Below, in pieces: positions 60,547-64,000 of a DNA stretch of 64,000 nucleotides. The DNA is taken from contig OZ024746.1 in the NCBI GenBank assembly GCA_964016885.1, forward strand, positions 72,540,001 through 72,604,000, in the 5' to 3' direction. Each line of letters starts with the position of its first letter. Positions within the stretch are counted from its first letter, which is position 1. Source of the DNA: Eledone cirrhosa (Eukaryota). The notes under the pieces were generated by a model. That model searched no databases. It saw only the letters and a list, made by a program, of their open reading frames with translations, and was not told the origin of the DNA. Position numbers and translations under genes: made by a program.

Positions 60547-62541
60547 CTTATAAATTGACCAAAACTGAGATTAAGAGTTTCGAGGGAGAATAAAAAGGAA
60601 TTAATGTTTACAAAACATTGATCTATCAACCAAAACATTATAAAATAAAACAAAACGTTGCTCTGGTCAAAGTGTGGAGTAACTGATTGTGAGATGAGTT
60701 ATTCAGAAAGAAGTTTACAGAGGTTTCCAATGAAGACTGTAAAGTTTTACAGTGCATTTTTTTTATTATTATTATTATTATGCAGCCAAAACAAAAATGT
60801 TGTTATGTGTTAATGCAGTTTGTAACAAAATGTATTTTGGAGCATGTTTGCAACAATTTAATAGCTCTGGCCTGAGGTTTAAGCCGTTGGAATTTTGTTG
60901 AAAGATTTTTACAGTAAATCATACCTGGCAGTGGAACCTCGATGTGTCTAATTTATTCTGAAGGTGTGGTCAATCGTTTCTCTCAGTACCGAAAGCACTG
61001 TGTTTTTGAAGGTTAACTATTTAATGTCTTGGTTTGAAATATGAAAATAAAAAGTCGATATGAAAATTTTAAAAATATATAGATATATATAAATAAAATT
61101 ATAAAATGAGAAAATTATTTTAGTAAATTTAAACGTTATTATGTGGGGTTTTAAGTTGCTTTATAAAATATTTATGTAAAGTGTTTATGTAATGTATTTT
61201 TTCGTTGATGATTTGATCGATATATATAAATACAGAAATATAACACATTTGTAGTTGGGGCTGTCTCGAAAAATAACGATACTCATATCGAGACATTGAG
61301 AGTTTCCAACATTTTATTTAATACTATAAAACACTTTGTTAGAATGTTAAATTCCTTTGCCATGCAAAGTTGTCATTCATTTGTATATGGGGTGATATTT
61401 TCAACGACTGAGTAGTCTATATTAATTTTTTTTTTTTTTTTTTTCTTTAAGAATCCAGATATATTTAGAGAATGAAGTAGTGTTCTGGATATCGGAAGGA
61501 GAATAAAGGTTGATTATAACGAATAGCTATGAGACAGATATAATTTCTTTCTATATCATCATCAGAAGATTCTTTCGCTTGATATATCAATACTTTACCG
61601 AGGCACTTTCCATTCTAGATAAATCTATACTGTTGTTGTTGTTGTTGTCGTCGTTGTCGTTGTTGTTGTTTGGTCCCCAGCACAGTCCCAGATGAAGAAG
61701 AACTATGATAAAAAGCGTTCCAGCTGCAAACATACCTGTCTTTTATTCAGACGTATAGTTGAGTATAGTTTGGAAGGAATGAGGCTGCTGTTTCTAGCAG
61801 GTTGAACGATCATGTAGAAGTTCTCCTAGTCGGTATAGGAAATCTATTGAAAAGAGATGAGTGAAAATAATTAGTAACGACCATTACAAAATAAAGTGTG
61901 ACGTAACTGACTAAGGACAAATTACACATCTGTTGAAACTTCTGATAAGCTTCGCCCATTTTACAAGTTGTAACGCATTGTGTGAGTCTGTTTAAATTGG
62001 GCGGGGGGCATGTTTTTGAGTGCATGTATTTGTGTGTAAGCATATATGTGAGAGTGCGTATTCATAGGCGATAGGCGTGCGGGCGTGGGGGGGTGGATAT
62101 GTAGCAGGCAAAGATAAATACTTGGGTCAATGTGACTAAATCTCTTTCGGATGGTACCCCAGTATGACCGCAGTCTATTGAGTGAAACCAGTAAAAACCA
62201 TTATTGCTTTGCAATATTTATTCCGGCTCTCTGAACTCTGAGTTCAAGACCCCCCGAGGTAAATTTTGCCTTCCACCATTTTAAGGTCGATAAAAGCTCC
62301 AGTACTGGGGTCGGTTCTTCCTCAATATCTCTTTCTCACTTCCTCTCTATCACTGCCTTTCTCTCTCTCTCTAGAAGAAATTGGCTGTATTCACACCTGG
62401 AGAGAAATAGGCTTCGCCAGGTTTACAAAATGTCCACAAACGCTGTATGTCTCTACGGTACCACTACGACTCGAGTCATGGGTTCATACATATATACATA
62501 CATACATACATACATACATACATACATACATACATACATAC

Positions 62542-63150
62542 ATGGTGGCTGCCAACTCGTTTTCGAGTACGGCCACTACTTTATATCCATGTAGGAGAAC
62601 CCCTACCGATGCGCTGAACGAGTGTGACTTTTTAGTCCAGCCAGCGACTTGAAAACTCTGGTACAAACACTACACTTGTGACAATTATTGACACATAGTG
62701 CTGGGCCCATGGTACCATGTGACGACAAGTGCAGAGAGATCTCCAGATATAAAGCAATGCCTGTGCCGTGAAGCTTTTATAGTGAGCAAAGGCACTGCAC
62801 AAAGCCAGTCCCACTCTCTTAACCAAGATGATATTTACCAAAAAGAAGAACAAGTCAACATCATTGGATACCATCAGGGTTGCAAGTGTTATATCAGAGT
62901 TTTCCTTCTCCTAGAATTCTGCCTTGACAAAGGCTAAGGGGTCATCTCTCCCGGTGATTTTGGATGGCCATTGACTCTTAAGAACTCCTTTGCCTTTTGA
63001 CAGGTTTTGTTTTTAGTCCTGCAGGATGTCCAAAGTCACCCTCCTCACCAAGAAACCTTGGTGGGGTTGCCAGTTTAGTCGCCAACGACCCGACCATGAG
63101 ACAGGTTGTACTGGGATACATGTTACCAGTAGCACCAACTGGTGACCTGA
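62542..63150 (-). mobile_element. Interspersed repeat of about 600 bp, copy 2, inserted in (TACA)n
   Basis: Same sequence as 29439-30040 with few substitutions. (CATA)n on both sides. Confidence 0.6.
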
Positions 63151-63680
63151 CATACATACATACATACATACACACATACGTACATACATACATGCGTACA
63201 TACATACATACATACATACATACATACATACATACATACATACATACATACATACATACATACATACATACATACATACATACATAGAATACTGGGAGGT
63301 TATATCCGTATAAATATATTTTAACGGATTGCTTCTCTTTCATTAATTTACTTCGAGTATAATTGCTCTGCTTAAATTCGCACACTAAATATTAACGCTT
63401 CTAATATTTAACCCTGTTTGCACAAGCATCGAGCACGAATGCACCTGCGTATGGCAATTAATTATCTGTATCGTCTCTTTCTATAACGCTTCTCTCTATT
63501 CTCTCTACCGATACTGCCAATAGTAATCTTTAGGTGTACAGTCAAATGATCCCCTTTCAGCCAATGACATTCCTTACTCCAGCAGTACCATAAATACGCA
63601 AGTCCAGTGACAAATATTCGCTGTACTTCCTCTTCCTTCTTTTTTACAAAAATACACCTAAACAATATATATTATTTTAT

Positions 63681-63860
63681 TGGATTGGCAGTATTGGTAG
63701 AGGGTCGGACGCCATGCTTTCCAGCATAGTTACGTCCCTTTACGATCTGAGTTCAAATCCCGCCGAGGTTAACTTTGCCTTTCATCCTTACGGGGTCGAT
63801 AAAATAAAGTACCAGTAATGCACTGGATAATTGGTGGCCTTGTGCCTAAAGTAGAAACAA

Positions 63861-63863
<3 letters not shown>
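63681..63863 (+). mobile_element. SINE family 1
   Basis: Consensus match. Confidence 0.8.
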
Positions 63864-63906
<43 letters not shown>

Positions 63907-64000
63907 AAATATATATATGCGTACTGGTGGTAGTATCATTGTGCAGGTATGAGTGCGAGTGGGGGGGGGGGGGCTTCGGGAAATTGCACGTGAGTAGTGA

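Overview
This is AT-rich, microsatellite-dense eukaryotic DNA. Its SINE and microsatellite content suggests an octopus or other coleoid cephalopod (inference). Almost all ORF-track entries are microsatellite artefacts. One host gene is supported: a C2-less, N-terminally anchored copine/vWA protein with two coding exons (54074-54745 and 55527-55856). The rest is repeats: tRNA-derived SINEs, mariner, CR1/L2 and RTE fragments, and three decayed Penelope-like elements (two Naiad-type, one Neptune-type). The main signal is non-coding. Type I hammerhead ribozyme (HHR) motifs from about ten sequence families occur, nearly all embedded in (TA)n tracts. The largest case is a 5.3-kb array (37734-43010) of a near-identical, highly structured 310-bp unit with one HHR per unit: 7 copies on the minus strand joined head-to-head to 10 on the plus strand, resembling a non-LTR retrozyme (circRNA template). 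The same layout, two divergent arms in (TA)n with one arm carrying an extra 3' tail, recurs at about eight loci including a Naiad PLE, suggesting a shared PLE-driven, TA-targeted mobilisation route. All folds were read by eye and none is experimentally or computationally confirmed.
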